This document shows positions 8,524-17,899 of a stretch of DNA of 64,000 bases, piece after piece; within the stretch, counting starts at the first letter, position 1, and each line of letters begins with the position of its first letter. Where the stretch lies: positions 32,001 through 96,000 of the forward strand of contig JBGANV010000006.1 of assembly GCA_044222185.1 (NCBI GenBank). The letters are read 5' to 3'. Under the pieces are notes generated by a model, which ran no database searches, had not been told where the DNA came from, and saw only the letters and a program-made list of their open reading frames with translations. The DNA is from Planctomycetota bacterium. GTDB taxonomy: Bacteria; Planctomycetota; GCA-002687715; CAIWVZ01. Made by a program: the position numbers and the translations under genes.

Positions 8524-10134
8524 TCAGCGTTCCGATTTCAGCGAGGGCTTGATGGGGAGAACGCGCCCCTCCGGATCGCTCACGCGCACGTGCAACCGCC
8601 AGTAGTAGCCCAGCTCTTCGATCTTGCAGACGAGGACGTTGCGGCCCTTCTTCAGGTGGATGCGGACGCGCGTCGAATCGGGACCGGTCTGGTCGTGGCG
8701 ATGCTCGTCCACGATCAGTTCACGGTTGAGCATCACGCGGCCGCCCTCGTCGCTGCCGAACCAGAGGATGCCGTCCTGGTCCTGTTCAGACCACAGGTAG
8801 CAGCAGGCGTACCCGACGACGTTTGGCTGTGGACTGATGGCGGCATCGAGATCGACGGCGTCGGTGTCGGACTTCCATTCCTTCCACACGAGCTTGCCCG
8901 ACTGTGCGCCGGCCGCTGGCAGGACCTTCGCTTCCTTGATGAAGTCCTCCGCCAGCGCCTTGTCGTCGGGGTTGGGGATCGGGCCGAGGACCAGCCAGCT
9001 TCGAAGGAATGGGACGTCCGGCGCGACGCGAACGGACCGGAGCGCGAGATCGACGGGACGGCTGTCGGCAGGGATGAGTTGCTTCGGGTCCGTCGCCATG
9101 GCGTCGGCGTGCGGTGAATAGGTGAGGCTGGCGCGCTTGAGGAACAGCAACGCCATGGACGTCTGTTCCACGTCACCCCAGTGGCCTTCGTCCGACTGCG
9201 CACGGATCAGGTGGAGTGCGCCTTCCTGGTACCAGTCGTGTGGGCCGAGACGGGGACGGCCGCCGAGCACCGCGGCGCGCTCCACTGCGTAGAGGTAGTA
9301 GTAGAAGAACCCCTCGTTCGGCAGGTAGCCATCGGTCGTGCCGTCCGGATGACGCTCGGCGGAGAATCGACGCCCGAGCCACTCGAACGCGCGATCGCAG
9401 GCCTGGTCCATCGCCTTGCGCGGAAGTCCGAGCTTGAACTTGTCGTCGAGCTGACGAGCGAGGAGCAGCGATGCGATGCCGGCGCCGCTCATGCTTCCAC
9501 GACCAGCGGCCGATGCGACGTACGCAAACGATCCGTCGGCCTTCTGGTTCGTCAGCAGCCACGCCACGATCTTCTCGACGACGCCCTTCGGCGGCGTCAC
9601 TCCCAGGCGCGACGCAGCGAACAGCCCGAATACCGCGAACTGCGAGTTCGACAGATCGGGGGTCCCGGCGGGGTATGCCCACAGTCCCGAGGCCTGCTGA
9701 TTGACGACGAGGAACTCGGCGCCGCGTCGGGCCCACTCGTCGTGGCGCTTCACCGTCTTCACGGCCTCGAGGAGCATCAGCAATAGCCCCGTGTCGTAGG
9801 TCTTCTCGAAGGCCTTGTACGTCAGCGCGTCGAGCGAGCGCAGGATCGCCGGATCGTCGGGCTTGACGTCGGAGCGCACGAGGGCGAGGGCACAGAGCGC
9901 CGTGACGCCCATGGGATTGGTGTCGAAATGGCCGTGGTGCCAGTGGCCGTCCGGGCCCTGCTGCGCACGCAGCCATTGGACTCCCTTCTCGACCGACGCA
10001 TTCACCGCGGCCTGGAGCGACACTCTTGGCGCGGCGGGTGCCGGCGCGACCTGGCCGCAGGCCCAGGTGGCCGATGCGGCGAGGAGCGCGGCGACGAGCG
10101 GATGCCATTTCCTGGACACGGCGACAGGATACAC
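8524..10134 (-). CDS. Secreted prenyltransferase/squalene-cyclase-like QW-repeat protein with C-terminal beta-sandwich domain
   Basis: Signal-like N-terminus; QW repeats WLRAQQGPDGHW, LVVNQQASGLW, WLLTNQKADGSF, LIRAQSDEGHW; DLSNSQFA; YYYLYAVER; C-terminal WLVLGP...GSDEG...LKKGRNVL. Confidence 0.8.
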   Translation of the reverse strand: MYPVAVSRKWHPLVAALLAASATWACGQVAPAPAAPRVSLQAAVNASVEKGVQWLRAQQGPDGHWHHGHFDTNPMGVTALCALALVRSDVKPDDPAILRSLDALTYKAFEKTYDTGLLLMLLEAVKTVKRHDEWARRGAEFLVVNQQASGLWAYPAGTPDLSNSQFAVFGLFAASRLGVTPPKGVVEKIVAWLLTNQKADGSFAYVASAAGRGSMSGAGIASLLLARQLDDKFKLGLPRKAMDQACDRAFEWLGRRFSAERHPDGTTDGYLPNEGFFYYYLYAVERAAVLGGRPRLGPHDWYQEGALHLIRAQSDEGHWGDVEQTSMALLFLKRASLTYSPHADAMATDPKQLIPADSRPVDLALRSVRVAPDVPFLRSWLVLGPIPNPDDKALAEDFIKEAKVLPAAGAQSGKLVWKEWKSDTDAVDLDAAISPQPNVVGYACCYLWSEQDQDGILWFGSDEGGRVMLNRELIVDEHRHDQTGPDSTRVRIHLKKGRNVLVCKIEELGYYWRLHVRVSDPEGRVLPIKPSLKSER

Positions 10135-10219
10135 CGTGGCGCGTGGATTGGCCCGATCGCGCTACAGTCAGCCCCATGCCGCAGGCGCCATTCCATCCCC
10201 GAACGTCCGGTGATTCCGC

Positions 10220-11359
10220 GTGATCATCCGCCGCGCCGAGATCCTGGTCATCGGAATTCCCTTTCGATTCACGTTCCGCCATGCGCTCGCGGCGCGGAGC
10301 GTGGGGGAGAACGTGCTCGTACGCCTCGAGTCGGACGCGGGGGTCGTGGGCTTCGGTGAGTGCGCTCCGCGGGGCTACGTCACCGGCGAGACGCCCGAAT
10401 CCGTCGTCGAGGCCCTGCGCGTGCGCTGGCTGCCGCGGATCGTCGGCGTGCGCATCGCTTCCCTGGAAGCGGCGACGGGGATGCTCGGAGAGTACGCCGT
10501 CCGCCTGCCGCGGTCCGAGCATGCGGCGTTTTGCGCGTTCGAGCTCGCGCTGCTCGACGTCGTCGCCCGCACGGCCGGCCGCTCCGCCGGTGAGATTCTC
10601 GGCCCCGTCCGCCGCGATCACGTTCGATACAGCGGAGTGGTGTCGTCCGACGAGGTGGACCTGGCCCGGCGCACCTGCGAGATGCTGACCCAGCTGCGGG
10701 TCGGCGCGGTGAAGATCAAAGTCGGCCGCGCCCTCGCGGATGACTGCAGGGTGCTCGAGAGCGCGCGGACGACGCTCGGGTCCGAGTGCTCGATCCGGAT
10801 CGACGCGAACGGGGCGTGGCTGCCCGAGCAGGCCCTGGCGGCGATCGCCGCATTCGCGCCGTACGGCGTCGAATCCGTGGAGCAGCCGGTGACGCCGGAA
10901 GACCTCGCGGGATTGGCCTACGTCACGGCGCGGAGCCCCATTCCCGTCCTCGCCGACGAATCCCTCGCCTCCTTCGAGGACGCGGAGCGGCTCGCGTCCC
11001 TTCGTGCGTGCCACGGCTTCAACATCCGGATCTCCAAGTGCGGTGGCCTCATCAACTCCGCGCGGATCGCTCGTGTCGCCGGGGATTCCGGGCTGTCCTG
11101 CATGCTCGGTGCGCAGGTAGGGGAGACGGCCGTGCTGTCGGCGGCAGGGCGTCAGTTCGCCACTCGCATCGACGGACTGCTCCAACTCGAAGGGTCCTAC
11201 GGCACGATCCTCCTCGAGCGCGACGTCGGACGACAGGATCTCACGATTCCGCCGGGAGGAGTCGCTCCCGCGATCACCACGCCTGGGCTCGGCGTCGACG
11301 TGGATCCGGCGGCCGTCGAGCCCTACGTGCACGCGCGCGTGCGAATCGGGTCCGACTGA
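10220..11359 (+). CDS. Enolase superfamily, MLE/dipeptide-epimerase subgroup enzyme
   Basis: GFGEC, KIKVG (KxK), metal ligands RIDAN, EQP, ADES; NIRISKCGG. Confidence 0.88.
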   Translation: MIIRRAEILVIGIPFRFTFRHALAARSVGENVLVRLESDAGVVGFGECAPRGYVTGETPESVVEALRVRWLPRIVGVRIASLEAATGMLGEYAVRLPRSEHAAFCAFELALLDVVARTAGRSAGEILGPVRRDHVRYSGVVSSDEVDLARRTCEMLTQLRVGAVKIKVGRALADDCRVLESARTTLGSECSIRIDANGAWLPEQALAAIAAFAPYGVESVEQPVTPEDLAGLAYVTARSPIPVLADESLASFEDAERLASLRACHGFNIRISKCGGLINSARIARVAGDSGLSCMLGAQVGETAVLSAAGRQFATRIDGLLQLEGSYGTILLERDVGRQDLTIPPGGVAPAITTPGLGVDVDPAAVEPYVHARVRIGSD

Positions 11360-13062
11360 TGGGCGCCCCGGCATCGTGGCTCATCGCGTTCGCCGGCATC
11401 GGCGCGGCGCGCCGTTTCGAGCGCGCGGCGAGGGCGCCCGTCGAATCCCAGAAGGCGAAGTTGGACGAGATCCTGGCCCGCAATCGCGACACCGAATATG
11501 GGCGGCGTCACGGCTTCGCCTCCATTCGCTCGATGGAGGACTGGCGACGCGCCGTGCCCGTCGTGACGTACGAGGAGATCGAGCCGCTGATCCGCCGCGT
11601 GACCGAAGGCGAGAAGAACGTCCTGACGGCCGACGATCCCGTCATGTTCGCGCGAACCTCCGGGACGACGGGCGAGCCCAAGTTCGTCCCGGTGACGGCG
11701 CGGTGTCAGGGCCGCGACCACGACGATCAGATCCGCACGTGGCTCCACCATGCGCGGCTCGATCATCCGTCGCTGTGGAGCGGCAAATGCCTGAGCCTCG
11801 TGTCGCCTGCCGTCGAGGGGCACACTCCGTGCGGATTGCCGTACGGCTCGACGAGCGGACACATCTACCGCAACCTGCCGGCGATGATGCGGTCGACGTA
11901 TGCCATTCCCTACGAGGCTTTCGAGATCGAGGATTACGAGGCCAAGTACTACGCGATCATGCGGCTCGGAGTTCCCGAGCGGGTGTCGTTCCTCTGCACG
12001 GCGAACCCATCGAGCATCGTCAAGATGTGCGAGATGGCCGACAAGCACTCGGAACTGCTGCTGAAGGACGTCGCCGACGGAACGCTGTCGTCCGCAATGC
12101 CCATTCCGTCGGCCGCGCGCGCGGTCATCGAGCAGCGGTTGCGCCCTCGCCCCGACGTGGCTCGACGCCTCGAACGCGCGCGCAGCCGCCGTGATGGCTA
12201 CCTCCTGCCCGCGGATTACTGGCCCGACCTCGCCCTGATCGGGTGTTGGAAGGGCGGAACGGTCGGCGCCTACCTCGAACGTTTTCCGGGTTGGTTCGAT
12301 CCCGATGGTCGCGAGGCCGTGGCCGTGCGGGACTGGGGCTACCTGTCGTCGGAGGCACGAGGCAGCATCCCTCTGTCGGACGTCGGCGCCGGCGGCGTCT
12401 TGACGGTCGCCACCAACGTCTTCGAGTTCGTGCCGGTCTCCGACGTGGAGGAGCACCCGAACCATCGCGAGCGCTGGACCTACCTCGGGGTCGACCAGGT
12501 GGAGCTGGGAAACGAGTACTACATCCTCCTGACGACGACGGGCGGTCTCTATCGATACGACATCAACGACGTCGTGCTCGTCACCGACACCTATCACCGG
12601 ACCCCCGTGATCGAGTTCCGTCGGAAAGGCCGTGGGATCACGAGCATCACCGGAGAGAAGGTGAGCGTGAATCAGGTCATCCGGGCCATCGAGGATGCGG
12701 CGCACGAGATCGGCGTCGTCGTCGATCACTTCAAGGCCGAGGCCGACGTCAAGCACAGTCGCTACGTGTTCAAGGTGGAGTCGCGTGCGGGCGTTCCGGA
12801 CGAGAAGCTCCTGCCGTTCCTGCACGCCGTCGATGCGAACCTCGCACGCCAGAACCTCGAGTACGACGCGAAACGAAGGAGCCTCCGGCTTGGTGATCCG
12901 GTACTGCACGTCATGAAGCCGGGCTGGTACGACAACCAGAAGAAGCGGCTCGTGGCGCAGGGCCGCCGGATCTTCCAGGCGAAGACGGTGATCCTCTCCC
13001 TGGGAAGAGATGCACGCGATCCCGACCTGGCGCGCGTCGTCGATTTCGGAACGGCCGGATAG
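11359..13062 (+). CDS. GH3-family acyl-acid amido synthetase (adenylate-forming)
   Basis: NRDTEYGRRHGF, TSGTTGEPK P-loop, YLSSE, GGLYRYDINDV, GEKV motifs; ATG overlaps the upstream TGA (TGATG at 11357-11361). Confidence 0.9.
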   Translation: MGAPASWLIAFAGIGAARRFERAARAPVESQKAKLDEILARNRDTEYGRRHGFASIRSMEDWRRAVPVVTYEEIEPLIRRVTEGEKNVLTADDPVMFARTSGTTGEPKFVPVTARCQGRDHDDQIRTWLHHARLDHPSLWSGKCLSLVSPAVEGHTPCGLPYGSTSGHIYRNLPAMMRSTYAIPYEAFEIEDYEAKYYAIMRLGVPERVSFLCTANPSSIVKMCEMADKHSELLLKDVADGTLSSAMPIPSAARAVIEQRLRPRPDVARRLERARSRRDGYLLPADYWPDLALIGCWKGGTVGAYLERFPGWFDPDGREAVAVRDWGYLSSEARGSIPLSDVGAGGVLTVATNVFEFVPVSDVEEHPNHRERWTYLGVDQVELGNEYYILLTTTGGLYRYDINDVVLVTDTYHRTPVIEFRRKGRGITSITGEKVSVNQVIRAIEDAAHEIGVVVDHFKAEADVKHSRYVFKVESRAGVPDEKLLPFLHAVDANLARQNLEYDAKRRSLRLGDPVLHVMKPGWYDNQKKRLVAQGRRIFQAKTVILSLGRDARDPDLARVVDFGTAG

Positions 13063-13162
13063 ACCGAGGCGTTCGACGCGGCCTCGAAGCCCCTGGCTGC
13101 TCTTAGCGGATTCGTCATCCGCCCGCGGTTGACGTGCACCCGCCGCGTGCTCAAATGCGCCG

Positions 13163-15202
13163 ATGTCAGCCTACGCCGGCGCGAGTTTCCTGGGAGCGTT
13201 CCTCATCTTCGTGATTCAGCCGATCCTCGGGAGGTTCATCCTTCCGTGGTTCGGTGGCACGGCGCAGGTGTGGTCCGTCTGCATGGTGTTCTTCCAGGTC
13301 GCGCTCCTCGCCGGCTACGGATACTCGCGGTGGCTGTCCGCTCAGTCGGGACGTCGGATACTCGTGCACGGCGTGATCCTCGCGGCCGCCGCCGTCATGC
13401 TTCCGCCCGAGCCTGGCGCGCGCTGGAAGCCTGGCACTCCCGATCATCCCGTCGGCCAGATCCTGCTGCTGCTCGCGGCGACGATCGGACTCGCGTTCGT
13501 CGGACTGGCCGCGACGTCGCCGCTCCTGCAGGTGTGGGCGACGCGGAGAGATTCGGGCTCGGTCGCCCGAGCCATGAAGCTCTACGCCTGGTCGAATGCC
13601 GGGTCGCTCGCGGCGTTGATCGCCTATCCCACGCTCATCGAACCGAACTTCGATCTGGGCGTGCAGGCGGTCGGGTGGGGGATCGCCTTCGTCCTGTTCG
13701 CGGTCGTCATGATCGGATTGGCGTGGCGCGCATCGAAGGAGACGGGGCCCGTCGGCGCGAGGCCCTCCCCGAGGTCCGCCGACGAACGCGCGCCGCTCGC
13801 GCGACGCCTCCATTGGGCTGGCCTGTCCGCGTGCGGCGTGATCCTGCTCTTGGGCGCCACGCAGCAGATGTGCCAGGAAGTGGCAGTCGTACCGTTTCTC
13901 TGGATCCTGCCGCTCTCGCTCTATCTCGCGAGTCTCATCGTCGTCTTCGCGTTCCCCAACGCGTATCGCCGGGCCTTGGGCATGGTCCCACTCATCGTCG
14001 GGCTCGGGGGGCTGTACCTCGGGATCTATGCCGTCACGGCCATCGGCGCGGTCACGGCGATCGCAGTGCTCGCGGCGGGGCTCTTCTTGTGCTGCTGGGT
14101 CTGCCACGGCGAGCTCGTGCGCCTGCGGCCATCAGCGGAGGGCCTCGCGGACTTCTACTTCATGCTCGCCCTCGGCGGAGCCGTGGGTGGCGTGCTCGTG
14201 GGACTGCTCGCGCCCTCGATCCTGCCGTTCCCATTCGAGCTGCAGATCGGGATGGCGGCCGTGGTCTCGCTCACGACGCTCGCGCGCGAAAGTGCGGGCG
14301 CCGGCGTACGTGGTGGGATCCGACCGTCACCTGCCTACCGGATGGTGGGGCAGATCGTGGCGTTGGCGCTCCTGTTCATGATGCTCTCGGATGCACGCAA
14401 GGCGCTGGTGCCGTTCCGTCTCGTCGAGCGGAACTTCTACGGCACGCTGAAGGTGGCGGACTTCGTTTCGGAGCAGACGGGGCTGGAGCTCCGGCAACTG
14501 GTCCACGGGATCACGAACCACGGGCAGCAGTTCCGGTTGCCGGCGCTCGACCACGAACCGACCGCCTACTACGGACGCGAGTCCGGTGGCGGGCTTCTGC
14601 TCGGCGCCGAAGGGCGCAGCCCTTGGCGCGTCGGACTCGTGGGGCTCGGTGTGGGGACACTCGCCACCTACGGGAGGAGCGGGGACGTGTTCCGGTTCTT
14701 CGAGCTCGATCCCGCGGTGATCCGGCTCGCGAACACCGAGTTCTCCTTCGTCCGGGACAGCGCGGCCCGTGTCGAGACCGTGGCGGGAGACGCCCGTCTG
14801 TCACTGGAGCGAGACTCGGAGGGTCCCTACGACGCCATCGTCGTCGACGCGTTCTCCAGCGATGCCATCCCGATCCACCTGCTCACCGCCGAGTGCTTCG
14901 ACCTCTACGTGGCGCGCTCGACGCCCCGTGCGGTGTTCGCCTTCAACGTGTCGAACCGGACGCTGGATCTGCAATCCGTCCTGGCTGCGCTCGCCGCGAG
15001 CAAGGGATGGCGCGCGTTCGTCGTGCATAGTCCCGGCGATGGCCTGGGCGTGTTGGAGGCGCGTTGGGTGTTGCTCGCGCGGTCGGCTGCGGACCTGCCG
15101 TCGGATCGGTTGCGCGAGCTCGCCAGGCCCCTGGAGATGTCCGACACGCGCCATCGCCCGTGGACGGATCGGAGATCCGATCCGTTCGGCGCGTTGAAGT
15201 GA
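13163..15202 (+). CDS. Polytopic membrane protein fused to a spermidine-synthase-like SAM-binding domain
   Basis: Multiple TM helices (LPWFGG, LYAWSNAGSL, CHGEL), then RNFYG, HGITNHG, VGLGVGTL, FELDPAV, GDAR, VDAFSSDAIPIHLLT. Confidence 0.88.
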   Translation: MSAYAGASFLGAFLIFVIQPILGRFILPWFGGTAQVWSVCMVFFQVALLAGYGYSRWLSAQSGRRILVHGVILAAAAVMLPPEPGARWKPGTPDHPVGQILLLLAATIGLAFVGLAATSPLLQVWATRRDSGSVARAMKLYAWSNAGSLAALIAYPTLIEPNFDLGVQAVGWGIAFVLFAVVMIGLAWRASKETGPVGARPSPRSADERAPLARRLHWAGLSACGVILLLGATQQMCQEVAVVPFLWILPLSLYLASLIVVFAFPNAYRRALGMVPLIVGLGGLYLGIYAVTAIGAVTAIAVLAAGLFLCCWVCHGELVRLRPSAEGLADFYFMLALGGAVGGVLVGLLAPSILPFPFELQIGMAAVVSLTTLARESAGAGVRGGIRPSPAYRMVGQIVALALLFMMLSDARKALVPFRLVERNFYGTLKVADFVSEQTGLELRQLVHGITNHGQQFRLPALDHEPTAYYGRESGGGLLLGAEGRSPWRVGLVGLGVGTLATYGRSGDVFRFFELDPAVIRLANTEFSFVRDSAARVETVAGDARLSLERDSEGPYDAIVVDAFSSDAIPIHLLTAECFDLYVARSTPRAVFAFNVSNRTLDLQSVLAALAASKGWRAFVVHSPGDGLGVLEARWVLLARSAADLPSDRLRELARPLEMSDTRHRPWTDRRSDPFGALK

Positions 15203-15242
15203 GCCGCGGCGCGCCGAATCGCGCGCCGCAGGCTCGGCGGGA

Positions 15243-16526
15243 TCAGGGCTTGTCGCCCGTTCCGGGTTTGTTGTCGCTCGCGGAGTACTTCTTCAGCAGC
15301 GCCTCGAGTCGGGGGTCGTTCTTGATGTTCGCGAGGTCCAGATCTTCGCGAACCCAGGCGATGTTGCGGTAGCCGCTCTGGAACGCCTTCTCGAGCCGAT
15401 CGATGGCCTCGTCGGACTTCTTCAGCTGGGAGTAGGCGCATGCGAGGTTGTAGTAGGTCGTCCCGAGCGCCTGCTGCATCCGGGGATCGATCTTCGCGTT
15501 GCCGAGGATGGCGATCATGGCCTCGAAGTGCTTCACCGTCTCCTCGCGGAGCCATGCGTCCTGGTAGCTCTGGGCGAGGACGCTGTGGATGTCGATGGCG
15601 CGGTTGCGAAGGTCGCCATCCTTCTTCATGACGGCTTGCTTCTTCTCGTCGGTGTCCGCGGCCTTCACCTCGTCCGCGAGCTTCTTGGCATCCTCCGAGA
15701 TCTTCGCGAGCTGCTCGAGCGCGGGCTTGATCTCCGCGTCGAACAGGTCACGGCTTCCGAGGCGGACCAGGATCGTCGCCGTGAGGCTCTTGACGTCGGG
15801 CTTGGTCGCCTTGTCGGCATAGAGGGCCTTCAAGGCTTCCGCCTGCTTCTTGTCGCCGAGCTGCGCGACGCCCTCCGCGGCCATGCGCCGCTGCTGCGCG
15901 CTGAGGGACGGGTTCTTGTAGATCTCGAAGAAGGCATCCGCGATCTTCTCGCGGTTGTACTTGTCGAGCATGGCGTACATGCCCGGGTAGTTCCCGCCCT
16001 TCGTCGCGGCCGTGCGGACCTCGTTCATGCAGAGCGTGAGGTAGATGCGTGCCTCGACGCGTTTCAGGACGTCCGCGACGTCGGCGTTGTCGCTCGCTGC
16101 GGCCGCGGTGGCGATCGGCGCCAGGCCCTTGTCACGGAGTGCCAGGAGTTCCTTCGTGGCAGTGATGAGCGTCGTGACGGCGGAGTCGACGGATTTGGCG
16201 TCAGGCGCGGCCGCGGGGGCCGGACGTGACTTGGCGATGTCGCCGACGGCTCCTGCGATCGTGCCGGTGGCCGTGCTTTCGGCCTTCGCCTTGTCGTCGA
16301 TCGCCTTCTTCGCGGCTTCGCCGAGGCCGAAAACCGCGCGCGACGCCTCGATGAAGGCCTTGACCTTTCCGCCCGAGTCGCCGGTCGGCTGCGTCGTCGG
16401 TTGCGAGGCCGGGCGCGCCTCGCCCGCACCGCCTCCTTGGGGGAAGCCTCGGTCGACGGGGGCAGCTAGCGCCTGGAAACCGAAAGTCAGGGCTACGCAC
16501 ACCGTCGCCAATCGCGTGACCGTCAT
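15243..16526 (-). CDS. Secreted alpha-helical HEAT/TPR protein
   Basis: Signal peptide MTVTRLATVCVALTFGFQALA after GGAGG RBS; C-terminal YYNLACAYS...REDLDLANIKNDPRL TPR-cap motif. Confidence 0.8.
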   Translation of the reverse strand: MTVTRLATVCVALTFGFQALAAPVDRGFPQGGGAGEARPASQPTTQPTGDSGGKVKAFIEASRAVFGLGEAAKKAIDDKAKAESTATGTIAGAVGDIAKSRPAPAAAPDAKSVDSAVTTLITATKELLALRDKGLAPIATAAAASDNADVADVLKRVEARIYLTLCMNEVRTAATKGGNYPGMYAMLDKYNREKIADAFFEIYKNPSLSAQQRRMAAEGVAQLGDKKQAEALKALYADKATKPDVKSLTATILVRLGSRDLFDAEIKPALEQLAKISEDAKKLADEVKAADTDEKKQAVMKKDGDLRNRAIDIHSVLAQSYQDAWLREETVKHFEAMIAILGNAKIDPRMQQALGTTYYNLACAYSQLKKSDEAIDRLEKAFQSGYRNIAWVREDLDLANIKNDPRLEALLKKYSASDNKPGTGDKP

Positions 16527-16777
16527 CGTTCTGCCTCCGCTCGTCTTCGAATGAGAAATGATGGTGTTCCTGAGGGGACGAAGAATACCTCGCTCGCCTT
16601 GACGGCGGCAACCGCGTTGGGCTCCCCGCGAGTCGCGGGGATCACGGGCGCGCCGCGCCACCGGGCGATCGTCTCCGTCAGAGTCTGAAAAAACGGAAGT
16701 CGTAGGTAGATAGATAGCCGTCGGCTGGGCGCCGGCCGCCCAGCGGGGCGGGGGCCGGGCACGCGGCAGGAAACCAC

Positions 16778-16803
16778 GCAACTCTCGGGGCTCGATCCCG
16801 TAG
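16778..16803 (+). promoter_or_regulatory. Putative ECF-type promoter (GCAAC-N16-CGTAG)
   Basis: AAC-N16-CGT spacing typical of ECF promoters, just upstream of the ECF gene at 16814. Confidence 0.4.
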
Positions 16804-16813
16804 TGGGGAGGTC

Positions 16814-17365
16814 GTGTCAACCGGTCAGCCAGAAGGTCCAACGGACCGCGAGATCCTCATGCGCGCCGCGCGAGGGGATCGCAGCGCCTTCGGGCTGTTC
16901 TTCGACCGACATGCTGCGGCCGCCTGTCGCTACGCCTCGCGCTTGACGCGGGATCGCGCGACGGCTGAGGATTCGGTCCACGAGGCCTTCGTGCGCCTGA
17001 TCGACGCCGCGCGACGTGGAGTGTTCGACCCCGACCGCGGAACGCCGCGCGGGCTGCTCTTCCGGACGGTGCGGAACATCTGCATCGACTGGTTCCGCCA
17101 CCGGGCGAAGGAGTCCCAGCTCGACGACGCCAACCGTGAGTCCGGTTCCGAGGGTCGCGACGCGGCATTCGAAGCGCGCGACGATTTCGAATCCCTGATC
17201 GCCGGCATCACCGAGCCGCAACGCACGGCGTTGCTGCTCCGCGTCGATGGCGGATTGTCCTACGACGAGATTGCCACCGTGCTGGACGCCACGCTGCCGC
17301 AGGTGAAGACCTGGATCTTCAGGGCGCGCAGGGTCTTGTCCGAGCAGTGGCTGGAGACCTCTTGA
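16814..17365 (+). CDS. ECF RNA polymerase sigma factor
   Basis: RGDRSAFGLFF, AEDSVHEAFV, LFRTVRNICIDWFR, GLSYDEIATVL...VKTWIFRAR. Confidence 0.92.
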   Translation: MSTGQPEGPTDREILMRAARGDRSAFGLFFDRHAAAACRYASRLTRDRATAEDSVHEAFVRLIDAARRGVFDPDRGTPRGLLFRTVRNICIDWFRHRAKESQLDDANRESGSEGRDAAFEARDDFESLIAGITEPQRTALLLRVDGGLSYDEIATVLDATLPQVKTWIFRARRVLSEQWLETS

Positions 17366-17376
17366 CGAGGCATGCC

Positions 17377-17898
17377 ATGTGGTGTGACGTCGATTCAGAA
17401 GAACTGAGTTCGTGGGTGGACGGCGAGATCGGCGACGCTCGGGCTGAAGAGCTTCGGGCGCACGTCGTGACCTGTCCGGCCTGCCGTGCCGAGTTGGAGC
17501 AGATCCGACGTGTCGACGACACGATCCGGAGCCGCGCCGTCTCCGGCGACCTCACGAGTCTGCGGGAGCGGGTCGTCGCAGCGACGCCCGCAGATCGGTG
17601 GCGGTCCGTGTGGCGATGGGGGTCCGCGGCCGCGGCTCTCCTCGTCGCCGCCGTGCTGGGGAGTCGATGTGGCGAACCGGTCCTGAATCCTGCACACGTG
17701 GATCCGGATCCGCGCGTGAAGGTGCAGGAGGCGTACGTCGACTCGCTCGAACTCGATGCGGCTTCGCTTCGCGTCGAGCTCCTCGCGGCGTCCACGGATT
17801 CGCCGGCGGGAGTCGAGTTGAATTCCAAGATCGATGCGGTCCTGCTCCGTCTCGAGCGGCTTCGCCGCGACGGACTGGTGCCGTTGAAGGGAGAATGA
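17377..17898 (+). CDS. Zinc-finger (zf-HC2) anti-sigma factor
   Basis: LSSWVDGE...HVVTCPAC (HxxxCxxC), then one TM segment; follows the ECF sigma. Confidence 0.85.
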   Translation: MWCDVDSEELSSWVDGEIGDARAEELRAHVVTCPACRAELEQIRRVDDTIRSRAVSGDLTSLRERVVAATPADRWRSVWRWGSAAAALLVAAVLGSRCGEPVLNPAHVDPDPRVKVQEAYVDSLELDAASLRVELLAASTDSPAGVELNSKIDAVLLRLERLRRDGLVPLKGE

Positions 17899-17899
17899 C

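Noticed and set aside
8524-10134. Squalene-hopene cyclase as part of the RiPP cluster
   Set aside because: No DxDD motif, has a signal peptide, has a single barrel, and is convergent to the RiPP genes.
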